From a bacterium (GTDB lineage: Bacteria; Bacillota_I; Bacilli_A; RFN20; CAG-826): a stretch of 64,000 nucleotides of DNA. A program made the translations under genes and the position numbers. The first letter of the stretch is position 1, and the number at the start of each line of letters is the position of its first letter. Shown here piece by piece: positions 1 to 10,502 of this stretch. The notes under the pieces were generated by a model, which was not told the origin of the DNA, ran no database searches, and was given only the letters and a program-made list of their open reading frames with translations. Location of the stretch: NCBI GenBank assembly GCA_963638555.1, contig CAVHQU010000001.1, forward strand, positions 26,317 to 90,316. Direction: 5' to 3'.

Positions 1-934
1 AGCAGCAAAAGAAGAATCATCCGTAGAATTTGCCCATGCTACAGGAACTAAAGCACACACCGAAAAGGTTTCCAACTTCCACAACGCTTTTGCTTCTATC
101 TACGAAGGTAGATATCTTGCTGGTGTTGCCGCAGGTTTAAAATTAAAAGACATGATTGAAAAAGATTCAACTACATCCAAAAAACTTGGCTATGTTGGTG
201 CATATACATATGCTGAAGTTATCTCCGGATATACTTCCTTCTTCCTTGGCGCAAGATCAATAGTTTCCGATGTTACAATGGATGTTCAATTCACTGGTTC
301 TTGGTATGACGAAACAGCTGAAAAAACAGCTGCCGAAACCTTAATTGCCAAAGGTTGCTCTGTTATTTCTCAACACGCCGACTCTTGGGGTGCGCCTTCC
401 GCTTGCGAAACAGCGAAAATTCCTAACGTTTCATACAATGGTTCAACAGAAGCACGCTGCCCAGAGACATATGTTGTCTCTTCCAAAATTGATTGGCAAC
501 CATATTTCCAATATTGCTTGCAACAAATCAAAGCAGGGAAATCCATCGATACTGACTGGACTGGCACATTAGGTTCAACATTAACAAATGGCTCCGTTGC
601 ATTATGCGATTTTGGCAAAAAAGCCACCGTTTCCGGAACAGAAGCAAAGATCAACGAAGTTGCAGCCGAGCTTAGAGATGGTTCTCTTCAAGTTTTCGAT
701 ACATCCAAATTCACCGTTTCCGGCAATAATGTCAAATCAACAATGAAAGTTGATGCTGACGGCCATATCACTTCTTATTTCGCTGATGTTGATACAGACG
801 CAGCTTATACAGGCGATACAGAAGCAATTGAAACAAAGAATGGAATCACATACTTTGCAGAATCTTCTAAACGTTCCGCTCCTTATTTCGATATCACAAT
901 TGATGGTATCAATTTGTTAAACAGCAAATATTAA
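1..934 (+). CDS. BMP-family (basic membrane protein / PnrA-TmpC-like) ABC transporter substrate-binding protein, 5'-truncated at window edge
   Basis: The open frame runs from position 2 with no start codon in the window (AAKEESSVEFAHATGTKAHTEKV... continuing into the MIEKDSTTSKKLGYVGAYTYAE ORF). Composition and length fit BMP-family nucleoside-binding lipoproteins. It is followed by a cognate dual-ABC ATPase and two permeases. Confidence 0.7.
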   Translation, partial: AAKEESSVEFAHATGTKAHTEKVSNFHNAFASIYEGRYLAGVAAGLKLKDMIEKDSTTSKKLGYVGAYTYAEVISGYTSFFLGARSIVSDVTMDVQFTGSWYDETAEKTAAETLIAKGCSVISQHADSWGAPSACETAKIPNVSYNGSTEARCPETYVVSSKIDWQPYFQYCLQQIKAGKSIDTDWTGTLGSTLTNGSVALCDFGKKATVSGTEAKINEVAAELRDGSLQVFDTSKFTVSGNNVKSTMKVDADGHITSYFADVDTDAAYTGDTEAIETKNGITYFAESSKRSAPYFDITIDGINLLNSKY

Positions 935-994
935 TTTAAATACTCTTAGCCCAAGGGATTCTTTCTCTTGGGCTTTCTTCTTTTGGAGGAAAAT

Positions 995-2614
995 ATGGCA
1001 AATAAACAAGTATGCGTTGAACTTAAGGGGATATCTAAAAGTTTTGGCAAAGTTAAAGCTAATCATAACGTTAACTTAGAAATATATCATGGCGAAATAC
1101 TTTCCCTTTTAGGTGAAAACGGTTCAGGAAAAACCACATTAATGAATATGCTTTCTGGCATCTATTATCCTGATGAAGGAGACATTTTCGTTGATGGAAA
1201 GAAAGTAAAAATCTCATCTCCAAAAGATGCTTTTAATTACAGGATTGGAATGATTCACCAGCATTTCAAACTTATCGAAGCATTCAATTCTCTTGAAAAT
1301 ATTCTTCTAGGAATAAAACCTTCGATTCCTTTTTGCAAGAAAGCCAAATATTTCTTTACTAACTTTTATAAAAAGAAAGATCAAAGAAGTGAAAAAGAAT
1401 TTGATCAGTCTTCAAAAAAAGACGCAAAAAAGAAAATTCAAGAGATCTGTGATAAGTACGGATTTGTGATTGATTTTAACAAAAAAGTCTATGACATGTC
1501 CGTTTCAGAAAAACAAACATTAGAAATCGTTAAAACATTATATCGCGGTGCAGATATCCTTATATTAGATGAACCAACAGCCGTATTAACGCCAATTGAG
1601 GCTGATAGGCTTTTCAGCGTTATCCGTAACATGAGAAACGATGGCAAATCAATAATTATCATCACCCATAAAATGCAAGAAGTTTTATCGGTCTCAGATA
1701 GAGTTGCAGTCCTTAGAAAAGGAGAATGCATCGGCAGCGTTAACACTAAAGAGACCAATGAATCCCAATTAACTGAAATGATGGTTGGAGAAAAAGTTGA
1801 ACTCGAAATAAAACGCGCCACACCAAAAAATCCTCAAGATAGAATAATAATCAAAAACCTCACTTGTAAAAACGAAGAAGGCAACATTGCAATAAAAGAC
1901 GTTTCGTTCTCGGCAAGAAGCGGAGAAATCCTTGGGATAGCAGGAATTTCAGGCTCAGGTCAAAAAGAACTTCTTGAAGCAATTGCAGGCCTTATTAAAG
2001 ATACATCTGGCGAGATAGAATACATAAATCCAGAGGGGGCGTGTATCAATTTAAAGGACAAAACTTCCAGACAAATTAGAGCCATGGGCGTTCGTCTAGC
2101 TTTCGTTCCTGAAGACAGATTAGGAATGGGGCTAGTTGGAAATATGGATCTTATCGATAACATGATGTTACGTTCATACACAAAAAACACCAAGAATCCA
2201 TACCTTGATAGAAAAGAGCCTACAAAACTAGCCGATAAAGTCGTTAATGAACTTGGGGTAAGCACTCCTTCTATTCATACATCAGTTAGAAAATTATCAG
2301 GTGGAAACGTTCAAAAGGTTTTAGTTGGAAGAGAAATCGCTTCAATGCCAAAAGTTTTAATGGTCGCATATCCAACTCGTGGTTTAGATATTAATTCATC
2401 ATATATGATTTACAATCTTTTAAATGAGCAAAAGGAAAACGGTGCAGCCATCATTTATGTCGGTGAAGACTTAGATGTTCTTTTAGCTCTCTCAGACAGA
2501 ATCGTTGTATTGGGCGATGGTGAAGTAAGAGGGGTGCTTGATGGCAGAAAAGCCACTAAAGCTGAAGTCGGTCTCTTAATGACAAAGAAAATGGAGGAAA
2601 CAGCACATGAATAA
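995..2614 (+). CDS. ABC transporter ATP-binding protein with two fused ABC domains (nucleoside/sugar uptake type)
   Basis: Walker A GENGSGKTT and a second GISGSGQKE, plus the signature LSGGNVQKV. RBS GGAGGAAAA precedes the ATG at 995 (MANKQ). The ORF-track start at 968 is probably an N-terminal over-extension. The stop overlaps the next start (ATGAATAAG). Confidence 0.9.
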   Translation: MANKQVCVELKGISKSFGKVKANHNVNLEIYHGEILSLLGENGSGKTTLMNMLSGIYYPDEGDIFVDGKKVKISSPKDAFNYRIGMIHQHFKLIEAFNSLENILLGIKPSIPFCKKAKYFFTNFYKKKDQRSEKEFDQSSKKDAKKKIQEICDKYGFVIDFNKKVYDMSVSEKQTLEIVKTLYRGADILILDEPTAVLTPIEADRLFSVIRNMRNDGKSIIIITHKMQEVLSVSDRVAVLRKGECIGSVNTKETNESQLTEMMVGEKVELEIKRATPKNPQDRIIIKNLTCKNEEGNIAIKDVSFSARSGEILGIAGISGSGQKELLEAIAGLIKDTSGEIEYINPEGACINLKDKTSRQIRAMGVRLAFVPEDRLGMGLVGNMDLIDNMMLRSYTKNTKNPYLDRKEPTKLADKVVNELGVSTPSIHTSVRKLSGGNVQKVLVGREIASMPKVLMVAYPTRGLDINSSYMIYNLLNEQKENGAAIIYVGEDLDVLLALSDRIVVLGDGEVRGVLDGRKATKAEVGLLMTKKMEETAHE

Positions 2615-3761
2615 GTTTATTGCAAAACTAAAAGAATCTCCTTTCCACATTATTAGAAGAAACGATTTGCCATTATGGCAAAGAATTTTATACAAAACTG
2701 GGGCCATTCTTTTCGGCTTCATTCTCCTTTGCTTGTTATTATTGATATTTGCTCAAGCTAATCCAATTGATGTTATCGTTAATCTTTTCAAGGGATGTTT
2801 CTCTTCAAGTAGAAGAACATGGAGAACATTTAGGGAGTTAGCCTTAATTTTGATGGTTGCGTTAGCCTTAGTTCCTTCTTTCAAAATGAAATTCTGGAAT
2901 CTAGGAGGAAACGGCCAAATTTTAATTGGCGATTTAGCTGCAATCGTTTGCATGTTCTATATGGGAAATGCGGGCGTTCCTGATTGGGCAATCATCATTG
3001 TAATGTTTTTTGCCGCCACGACCGCTGGTGCCATTTGGGCTATAATACCAGCCATCTTCAAATCTTTCTTCAACACAAATGAATCATTGTTCACTTTAAT
3101 GATGAATTACATTGCAGCCGGATTGGTTTCAGTATTCTTATCCGCAGCCGTTACATCAGGCTCAGGAACTTTGCCATTGCAAACAGCAGGTAACCTTCCT
3201 TCGTTGGCAGGAAACGATTCATTGTTCACGATTATTGTGGCTTGTGTTGTTTTTATTGGTATTTTCATCTATTTGCGTTTTAGAAAGGCTGGATATGAGC
3301 TTGAAGTTGTTGGTGAGTCTCAAAGAACAGCCAAATACGTTGGTATCAACGTTAAACTCGTTACGATAAGAACATTGGCAATCTCAGGGGCGATATGCGG
3401 ATTAGTCGGTTTCTTGCTAGCTGGATCAATCGACCACACTATCAATTCTGATTCAGCTCGAAATTTAGGCTTTACTGCTATCATGGTCGCATGGCTTTCG
3501 AAATTTAATCCTTTGACAATGATTGCAACTTCATTCTTGGTAGCGTTTTTATCAAATGGCATGTCAGCTGTCCAAACTGCTTTCTCCATTACGAATGATT
3601 CCATTGGCGATATTTCCATCGGACTTGTATATTTCTCGATTATCGCCATCGAATTCTTCATCTCTTATAAGATAGTAAGAAAGCATAACGATTTGGGTGT
3701 AAGCAAAACGGCCGAGGCCATCGCTTCGGTAAGCGAAAATAACGAAGGAGGAAACAAATAA
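2607..3761 (+). CDS. ABC transporter permease (BMP-family nucleoside transporter, permease 1)
   Basis: Multi-TM hydrophobic protein. Start overlaps the ATPase stop and the stop overlaps the next start (TAATG), indicating operon coupling. Confidence 0.85.
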   Translation: MNKFIAKLKESPFHIIRRNDLPLWQRILYKTGAILFGFILLCLLLLIFAQANPIDVIVNLFKGCFSSSRRTWRTFRELALILMVALALVPSFKMKFWNLGGNGQILIGDLAAIVCMFYMGNAGVPDWAIIIVMFFAATTAGAIWAIIPAIFKSFFNTNESLFTLMMNYIAAGLVSVFLSAAVTSGSGTLPLQTAGNLPSLAGNDSLFTIIVACVVFIGIFIYLRFRKAGYELEVVGESQRTAKYVGINVKLVTIRTLAISGAICGLVGFLLAGSIDHTINSDSARNLGFTAIMVAWLSKFNPLTMIATSFLVAFLSNGMSAVQTAFSITNDSIGDISIGLVYFSIIAIEFFISYKIVRKHNDLGVSKTAEAIASVSENNEGGNK

Positions 3762-4735
3762 TGATGTTCTTTGATTCTTTATTACCTTCTGCAATATCAA
3801 TTGCCACAGTATTCCTTTTCGGATGTATTGGTGAAATTATCATGGAGAAATCAGGTCACCTTAATTTAGGCGTTCCTGGAGTCATGTGTTTTGGCACATT
3901 AGGTGGGTGCGTTGGCGTATCTCTTGTTATGAGTTGGTATTCCTCATCGCCTGAAAGTGCACCATATTTCTTGTTGATGTTTATAGCAGTTCTATTCAGC
4001 GCGTTATTCTCCATTATCTCTGGACTTATATATGCGGTTTTGACAGTGTCTTTCCGTTGTAATCAAAATGTCACAGGACTTGTTCTAACAACTTTTGGTG
4101 GAGGCATCGCTGATTATTTCATGTCCAGCGTTGATTCAACATATTTTTCACAAGCAAGCAAAATTATTTCATCTTACCCAGCTTGGGCTGATAATTTGGG
4201 AGCATTCGGCAAAATATTCTTTGCTCATGGATTTTTAGTTTATTTTGCCATTGCTTTAGCAATCATCGTTGCAGTTGTCCTCAAAAAGACAAGAATTGGA
4301 TTAAACCTCCGCTCTGTTGGGGAAAACCCGGGTGCAGCAGATGCCGCTGGAATTAATGTTAATGGCTACAAATACGGTGCGATATTAACTGGTTCCGTCA
4401 TTGCTGGATTCGGAGGCCTCTTCTACGTTATGGATTACGTTGGTGGGTCTTGGGAAAATTCCTCCACAATTCAAGCGTTTGGCTGGTTGGCAATCGCCTT
4501 AGTCATCTTCACTGTTTGGAAACCATCTCTTGCCATTTTAGGATCAATACTTTTCGGAATGTTATTTATCCTTCCAAACAAAATCTCGGGAATCGATTTC
4601 ACGACTATGCAAGCATTCAAGATGATGCCATATATAGTCACTGTCATCGTTCTTATCATCACAAGCATTATTGGCAAAAAGAGCGTTCAGGCGCCTGAAG
4701 CACTTGGTTTGCCATATTTCAGAGAGGATAGATAG
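3761..4735 (+). CDS. ABC transporter permease (permease 2)
   Basis: Multi-TM protein translationally coupled to the upstream permease. Typical of BMP-family transporter operons. Confidence 0.85.
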   Translation: MMFFDSLLPSAISIATVFLFGCIGEIIMEKSGHLNLGVPGVMCFGTLGGCVGVSLVMSWYSSSPESAPYFLLMFIAVLFSALFSIISGLIYAVLTVSFRCNQNVTGLVLTTFGGGIADYFMSSVDSTYFSQASKIISSYPAWADNLGAFGKIFFAHGFLVYFAIALAIIVAVVLKKTRIGLNLRSVGENPGAADAAGINVNGYKYGAILTGSVIAGFGGLFYVMDYVGGSWENSSTIQAFGWLAIALVIFTVWKPSLAILGSILFGMLFILPNKISGIDFTTMQAFKMMPYIVTVIVLIITSIIGKKSVQAPEALGLPYFREDR

Positions 4736-4805
4736 CTTTATTGGGAGAAGCCAGCCTGCTCGACATCTAATCTAAGTGCAAGTTAGACTATAAAAGTCTT
4801 AGAAG

Positions 4806-4867
4806 AGTTGGAACTGGGTTTATAAGAGTTAAGATCTTAATAACCAGTTCTAACTTTTCCTTTTTAG
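4806..4867 (+). terminator. Rho-independent terminator candidate after the ABC operon
   Basis: AGTTGGAACTGG ... CCAGTTCTAACT inverted repeat with an internal palindrome TTAAGATCTTAA, followed by TTTTCCTTTTT. Lies about 70 nt after the permease stop. Confidence 0.5.
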
Positions 4868-5020
4868 GGACCTTCATCTGTTACCTTTCTATTGAAAGAT
4901 AGCAGAGGCAAGAGGCAGACAAAGTTTAATAACTTCATTTGCATGTTTCCTAACAAATAATATTATATTACATATTGTCAGACATACAAGATAAATACTT
5001 ACTTTGTGTTTATTTAAATA

Positions 5021-7165
5021 TCAATCTTTTGCCTGTTTTATAGATAAAGAAATTCTTTTCCTTGCTACGTCTACTGCTATGACTTTAACTTTGATTATTT
5101 GGCCTAACTCAAGTTCTTCTGATGGATGGGAGACATAATGGTCGGCAATTTCAGAAATATGGACCAAACCATCTTGATGAACGCCAATATCTACAAAAGC
5201 ACCAAAATCCGAAAGATTTCTAATCGTCCCATTTAAAATTAGTCCTACGGATAAATCCTTAATCTCTTTAACGTTGTTGTCCAAAGTCGCAGAAACTATC
5301 TTTTCGCGAGGATCCCTACCGGGTTTTTTGAGTTCTTCAATGATGTCTTGAAGAGTATAAATGCCTATATCTAATTCTTTTGAAAGGCTTTCGATGTTAG
5401 AAAGATTAGATAGAGATGCGTTTGCTTCTGGGGAACCTAATTTGTTTAAAGAAATATTAAGTTTCTCCAAAAGTTTTAAAGTAGTTTGATAGTCTTTAGG
5501 GTGGACTGCCGTTTTTTCTAACGGATTTTCGTTTTCTATACGAAGGAAGCCTGCTGCTTCAATAAATGTTTTTTCTCCAAAGCCTTTTACTTTGAGAAGT
5601 TCCTTTCTTTCTTTAAATGGACCGTTTTGTTCGCGATAAGAAACGATTGCTGTAGCGCTTCTTTCATTTAAACCAGAGACGTACTTTAAAAGTGAGACGG
5701 AAGCAGTATTTAACCACACGCCAACCTCATTTACTGCATCTACAGTTGTTGAAGAAAGAGTTTGTTTTAGCCTGCTTTCATCCATGTCATGTTGATATTG
5801 TCCTACACCGATTGCCTCAGGAGGAATCTTTACTAGTTCGGCCATTGGATCAAGAAGACGTCTTGCAAGGGATACAGCGCTTCTTTCATCAATATCCATA
5901 TTAGGGAATTCTTTGATTGCCAAAGGCGAAGCGGAATACACGGACGCGCCAGATTCATTAACAATAGTCAATATGATGTTGGATAAACTATTCTTTTTTA
6001 GAAATGAATTAAGGAACGCTTCAGATTCTCTTGAAGCCGTGCCATTTCCTAAAGCGATTGCATCGTAACCATGAATCTTATACATAGAAAGAAGTTTTTC
6101 TTCTGCTTGTTTTTCCTTACCGATTGTTGGATAAATTATACATGTCTCCAATACATCGCCATTTTTATTGATAAGCGCAAGCTTACATCCATTTTTGTAA
6201 CCAGGGTCAAATCCTAGTATTTGTTTCCCTTTTAAGGGAGATGCCAAAAGGAGTTGTTTTAAATTTTTAGAGAAAAGAGACAAAGACGAATCTTCTGCCT
6301 TTTCAAAAAGTTCATTAGTAATTTCGTTTTCCAATGATGGACCCATCAAACGTTTGTAAGAATCTTCTATTGTTTCACGTAATATGCTTTCATATGGACT
6401 ATTTCTATGGATTAAATTTCTAGCGATGTAATTATGAATTGTTATCTCATCATATGAGAAAGAATATGAGATTTTCTTTTCTTTCTTTCCACGTAAAATT
6501 GCTAAAGTTTGATAAGGTTTTATTCTAGATACAGGAGTATCAAAATTAGCATAGTTTTCATATTTTTTATCTGTATCTTCTTTCGTTTCTTTAGATTTTA
6601 AGTGGGCGGATTTATAAATATAGCCCTTAGCAAAAAGATAGTAAGAAGCGTCATCTGAAATATCTTCAGCAATGATATCTTTTGCTCCGTTAATCGCGTC
6701 TTCCTTAGAATTTACACCTTTTTCTTCATTGATAAAAGATTTTGCAAATTCATTTAGAGTTTGTAAGGTTCCGTTTTGCTTAAGAATGTATTTAGCGAGT
6801 TCTTCTAAACCTTTTTCTTTAGCAATCGAACCTCTCGTTTTTCTCTTAGGCTTATATGGACGATAAATGGTTTCTAGAAGAGTTAAATTATCACATGTCT
6901 CAATTGTTTCTTTTAATTCAGGCGTTAATTTGCCTTGTTCTTCAATGGAGGAAAGAACGGTTTTCTTTCTCTCTTCTAATTTCTCGAATTTTTCCTTTTC
7001 TTCTTCGAATTGGCGAAGAATGATATCAGAAAGATTACCGGTCTCTTCTTTTTTGTAACGGGCAATAAAAGGAACCGTTGCTCCTTCGTCTAATAATTTA
7101 AGAACGTTCTTTGTTTGCCAATCTTTAATTTGCAAACGGGTTGATAAATAAGAGATAATTTCCAT
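5021..7165 (-). CDS. tex: Tex transcription accessory protein (YqgF/RuvC-like, HhH and C-terminal S1 domains)
   Basis: 714 aa. N-terminus MEIISYLSTRLQIKDWQTKNVLKLLDEGATVPFIARYKKE is classic Tex. C-terminal S1 domain GTIRNLSDFGAFVDIGVHQDGLVHISE. RBS GGAGGAG upstream. Confidence 0.9.
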   Translation of the reverse strand: MEIISYLSTRLQIKDWQTKNVLKLLDEGATVPFIARYKKEETGNLSDIILRQFEEEKEKFEKLEERKKTVLSSIEEQGKLTPELKETIETCDNLTLLETIYRPYKPKRKTRGSIAKEKGLEELAKYILKQNGTLQTLNEFAKSFINEEKGVNSKEDAINGAKDIIAEDISDDASYYLFAKGYIYKSAHLKSKETKEDTDKKYENYANFDTPVSRIKPYQTLAILRGKKEKKISYSFSYDEITIHNYIARNLIHRNSPYESILRETIEDSYKRLMGPSLENEITNELFEKAEDSSLSLFSKNLKQLLLASPLKGKQILGFDPGYKNGCKLALINKNGDVLETCIIYPTIGKEKQAEEKLLSMYKIHGYDAIALGNGTASRESEAFLNSFLKKNSLSNIILTIVNESGASVYSASPLAIKEFPNMDIDERSAVSLARRLLDPMAELVKIPPEAIGVGQYQHDMDESRLKQTLSSTTVDAVNEVGVWLNTASVSLLKYVSGLNERSATAIVSYREQNGPFKERKELLKVKGFGEKTFIEAAGFLRIENENPLEKTAVHPKDYQTTLKLLEKLNISLNKLGSPEANASLSNLSNIESLSKELDIGIYTLQDIIEELKKPGRDPREKIVSATLDNNVKEIKDLSVGLILNGTIRNLSDFGAFVDIGVHQDGLVHISEIADHYVSHPSEELELGQIIKVKVIAVDVARKRISLSIKQAKD

Positions 7166-7224
7166 AGCTCCTCCATAGTTAAAAGCATTATGGTCAGTAT
7201 TTTATACTGAAATCACTTATATTA

Positions 7225-9336
7225 CTAGCAATGGAAAAGAAGATCGCCATATGTTGGAGTTGGCCAATCTTTTTTAGCTACAAGAAGTTCCGCTTCATCA
7301 ACACACTTACGGAGAGTGAACATTTCTTCTTTCAATTTCTTCGAAACAAAGAAAGCGTGTTCTTCCTCACTAACATTCATCTCATTGTCTTCCTTGATTA
7401 ATTCATCAAGTCTCTTGAGAGAAGAATATGTTTTAACGAGAATTGTTTCTAATGCTGCTTGTTCTTCTAAAGTTGTATCAAGTGAATTTTTATAATATGA
7501 GTTCAACGATAAAACATCTTTTAAAGATGAGTTTATAGCAGGCAAGTACAATTTATGTGCCATACGCGACATTGTTTTGGCCTCAATAACGGCTTTAGAA
7601 TGATAATCTTGATATTTGATATTTTTACGAGAATCAATTTCAATTTCGCTTAAAACATTGTTATTAACTAAAAGTTCTCTGTTTTCCCTTCTTTCTAAAG
7701 CTGAGATTGCATCAGGAGTGTTTTTTAGGTTTGGAAGCCCACGTGAAGCCGCTTCTTCTTCCCATTCTTTTGAATAACCATTACCATTGAAAATGACGCG
7801 TTGATGTTTCTTAATCGTTTCTTTTGCCCAAGAAAGTGCAGTTTCTTCTTTATTTTCCGCTTTTTCTAAAATTGAAGCGATTTCATTGCAACCATCAGCG
7901 ATTATCGTATTCAAATATGTGTTTGGCTCAGAAATATTTTGTTCTGATCCAACCATACGGAATTCAAAGCGGTTGCCAGTGAAAGCAAACGGAGAAGTTC
8001 TGTTTCGATCCATGTCATCTTTAAGCAATGTAGGAAGAGACTTGCTGCCGTTAATCGTTTTAAATGTACGCTCAATGTCCTCTTCACCAGTTACTAATTT
8101 TGTTAAATAGTCACCAAGATAAATCGAAATAATTGCTGGAGGTGCTTCATTGGCGCCTAAACGGAAATCATTGCCATAGGATGCGACCGATTCTCTTAAC
8201 AAATCGGCATATAAATCAACGCCTCTGATAACATTAGCAAGAAACACCATAAATTGAACGTTATTCTTAGGGTCTTTCCCTGGTTTGAATAAATTTATGC
8301 CTGTGTCAGTACCGATTGACCAGTTATTGTGTTTGCCCGATCCATTGATGCCTTCAAATGGCTTTTCTCCTAAAAGGCATACCATGCCATGGCGTTTAGC
8401 GACTCTTTTAAGTATTCTCATTACAAGTTGGTTTTGATCAGCCGCCAAAGATCCTTTTTCAAATATGCAAGCAAGTTCGTGTTGGGATTGAGCGACTTCA
8501 TTATGCTCCGTTTTGGCTGCTATCCCAAGTTTCCATAAAGTGTCATTAACTTCCTTCATATAAGCGGAGATTTTTTCTCTTATTGGTCCAAAGTAATGGT
8601 CTTCCAATTCTTGCCCTTTTGGAGCGCTCGCACCAAAAAGCGTGCGACCCGTGTATACGATATCCTTTCTTTTTAGATATCCTTCTTGATCAATTAAGAA
8701 ATATTCTTGTTCTGCACCAGCGTAAGAGAATACGCGTTGAGTTTTATCGTCCCCTAAAAGGCGAAGAACACGAACGGCCGCTTCAGAAAGAACTTCTTCT
8801 GAACGTAATAGAGGGGTCTTTCCATCAAGGGCTTCGCCATTATACGAGCAAAAAGCGGTTGGAATGTATAAAACGGCTCCGTCATCATCATCCTCTAAAA
8901 CAAATGCCGGTGAAGAGGCATCCCAAACCGTATATCCTCTAGCCTCAAAGGTTGCTCTAAGCCCGCCCGAAGGAAAAGAGGAAGCATCCGGCTCACCCTT
9001 AATCAATTCATTTCCTTTAAAGTCATATGTTATATTGCCTTTTTCATCAGGTTTTCCAATGAAAGCATCGTGTTTTTCAGCTGATAAACCGTTTAATGGT
9101 TGAAACCAATGAGTATAATGAGTTGCTCCTTTAGAAAGAGCCCATCTTAGCATTCCATTAGCCACTTCGTCAGCGTATTCCTTAGGCAATTGTTTATGTG
9201 AAGAAATAGCCTCATTTAAGGCATTATAGGCATCAGAAGAGAGATACTCCTTCCTAGCTTTGTCATTAAAGACATTTGAGCCAAATACACTAAGAACATC
9301 TTCTTTTTTAGAAGCATCAATCTTTTTTGTTGCCAT
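7225..9336 (-). CDS. glnN: Glutamine synthetase type III (GlnN)
   Basis: 703 aa, the size and N-terminal organisation of type III GS as found in Bacteroidetes, clostridia and Ruminococcus-like genomes. The catalytic GS core is recognisable in the central region. Confidence 0.8.
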   Translation of the reverse strand: MATKKIDASKKEDVLSVFGSNVFNDKARKEYLSSDAYNALNEAISSHKQLPKEYADEVANGMLRWALSKGATHYTHWFQPLNGLSAEKHDAFIGKPDEKGNITYDFKGNELIKGEPDASSFPSGGLRATFEARGYTVWDASSPAFVLEDDDDGAVLYIPTAFCSYNGEALDGKTPLLRSEEVLSEAAVRVLRLLGDDKTQRVFSYAGAEQEYFLIDQEGYLKRKDIVYTGRTLFGASAPKGQELEDHYFGPIREKISAYMKEVNDTLWKLGIAAKTEHNEVAQSQHELACIFEKGSLAADQNQLVMRILKRVAKRHGMVCLLGEKPFEGINGSGKHNNWSIGTDTGINLFKPGKDPKNNVQFMVFLANVIRGVDLYADLLRESVASYGNDFRLGANEAPPAIISIYLGDYLTKLVTGEEDIERTFKTINGSKSLPTLLKDDMDRNRTSPFAFTGNRFEFRMVGSEQNISEPNTYLNTIIADGCNEIASILEKAENKEETALSWAKETIKKHQRVIFNGNGYSKEWEEEAASRGLPNLKNTPDAISALERRENRELLVNNNVLSEIEIDSRKNIKYQDYHSKAVIEAKTMSRMAHKLYLPAINSSLKDVLSLNSYYKNSLDTTLEEQAALETILVKTYSSLKRLDELIKEDNEMNVSEEEHAFFVSKKLKEEMFTLRKCVDEAELLVAKKDWPTPTYGDLLFHC

Positions 9337-9453
9337 AGTTGTTTTTTCCTTCTTTGATATTCGGATGAAGTAACATCCTATGGTTCTTTATTGTCCTATA
9401 TTCTTGAATTTTTGAATATAGTTTTTCATACAATGTTAGAAAAATTTACAAAA

Positions 9454-10446
9454 CTATTTTAAGAATTCGTTCTTCTTCTCTCTTTGAAGCAATAAGGAGG
9501 CGATATCTTTTGCTGATTCTCCATTATTTACGATTTCATTAACACCATAGACAATTGGCATATCAATCTTATATTTATCACAAAGTTGTTTTGCGGCTTT
9601 TAAAGAATTAACGCCTTCAACAACCATTCCTACTTTTTCAATTGCTTGAGATATTGAATATCCTTCCCCAATATAGTGACCACATTGATTGTTTCTAGAG
9701 TGTTTGCTTGTGCAAGTTACAATGAGGTCACCAATGCCGGCTAAGCCTGAAAACGTTGTATGATCGCAGCCCATAGCGATACCTAATTTGGCTAATTCAT
9801 GCACTCCGCGCGTGATTAAAGCCGCTTTAGCATTATCGCCGTAGCCTAAGCCATCTGAAATACCACAGGCGATAGCAATAATGTTCTTAAAGGCCCCGCA
9901 AAGTTCGCAACCTTTTCTATCTTCATTTGTGTATACTCTAAAAATCTCTGAATGAAATATATGTTGAACCTTCTTGGCATTTTCAAGGTTTGAACAAGCA
10001 GCGACAATACAAGTAGGCAGAGAAATGGAAACCTCTTCCGCGTGACTTGGCCCAGTAAGAGCAACGACTTCATTTTTATTTCCTAACACATCTTCAATTA
10101 TTTCCGACGTTGTAAGCAAGGAATCTTCTTCAATGCCTTTTGCAAGATCGACAATCAATTGATTTTTAAAGAGGGGTTTTATCAATTTTGCTGTATTTCT
10201 TATATATGAAGACGGCGTAGCAAAAACGATTACTTCAGAGTCTTTCAAGCAATACTCAACATCCGCAGAAAAAACTATCTTTGATGAAAGAATTACATCA
10301 GGAAGATTCTTGTGCGTATGGGTTTGATTGAGGCGGGTTGCCTCTTCTTCACGATGAGAATAGCAAAAAACTTCATAGTCTTTATTTGCTAATAGATTAC
10401 AAATTGCACTGCCCCAAGTTCCGCTTCCTAAAACACATATCTTCAT
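9454..10446 (-). CDS. gpsA: NAD(P)H-dependent glycerol-3-phosphate dehydrogenase
   Basis: MKICVLGSGTWGSA Rossmann N-terminus. Start chosen at the internal ATG at 10446, which has a GGAGGT-like RBS. The ORF-track start at 10554 would overlap the GH5 gene. Confidence 0.85.
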   Translation of the reverse strand: MKICVLGSGTWGSAICNLLANKDYEVFCYSHREEEATRLNQTHTHKNLPDVILSSKIVFSADVEYCLKDSEVIVFATPSSYIRNTAKLIKPLFKNQLIVDLAKGIEEDSLLTTSEIIEDVLGNKNEVVALTGPSHAEEVSISLPTCIVAACSNLENAKKVQHIFHSEIFRVYTNEDRKGCELCGAFKNIIAIACGISDGLGYGDNAKAALITRGVHELAKLGIAMGCDHTTFSGLAGIGDLIVTCTSKHSRNNQCGHYIGEGYSISQAIEKVGMVVEGVNSLKAAKQLCDKYKIDMPIVYGVNEIVNNGESAKDIASLLLQREKKNEFLK

Positions 10447-10502
10447 ATAAATACCTCTATGGTATTGTAAAGGAAAATATTCTAAATGAGTATACGTATC
10501 CC

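Noticed and set aside
968-994. Upstream start of the ABC ATPase ORF (MGFLLLEEN)
   Set aside because: GGAGG RBS directly precedes the ATG at 995. The extension is probably read-through of the intergenic region.
1489-1821. Antisense and alternative-frame ORFs inside large genes (for example 1489-1821, 15192-15380, 33813-34172, 41427-41723, 52375-52761)
   Set aside because: Shadow ORFs within well-supported CDSs, with low-complexity translations and no RBS.
4736-5020. 285-bp intergenic region between convergent permease and tex genes, checked for a tRNA or other small RNA
   Set aside because: No cloverleaf or T-loop (GTTCRANYC) signature. Only the terminator hairpin is evident.
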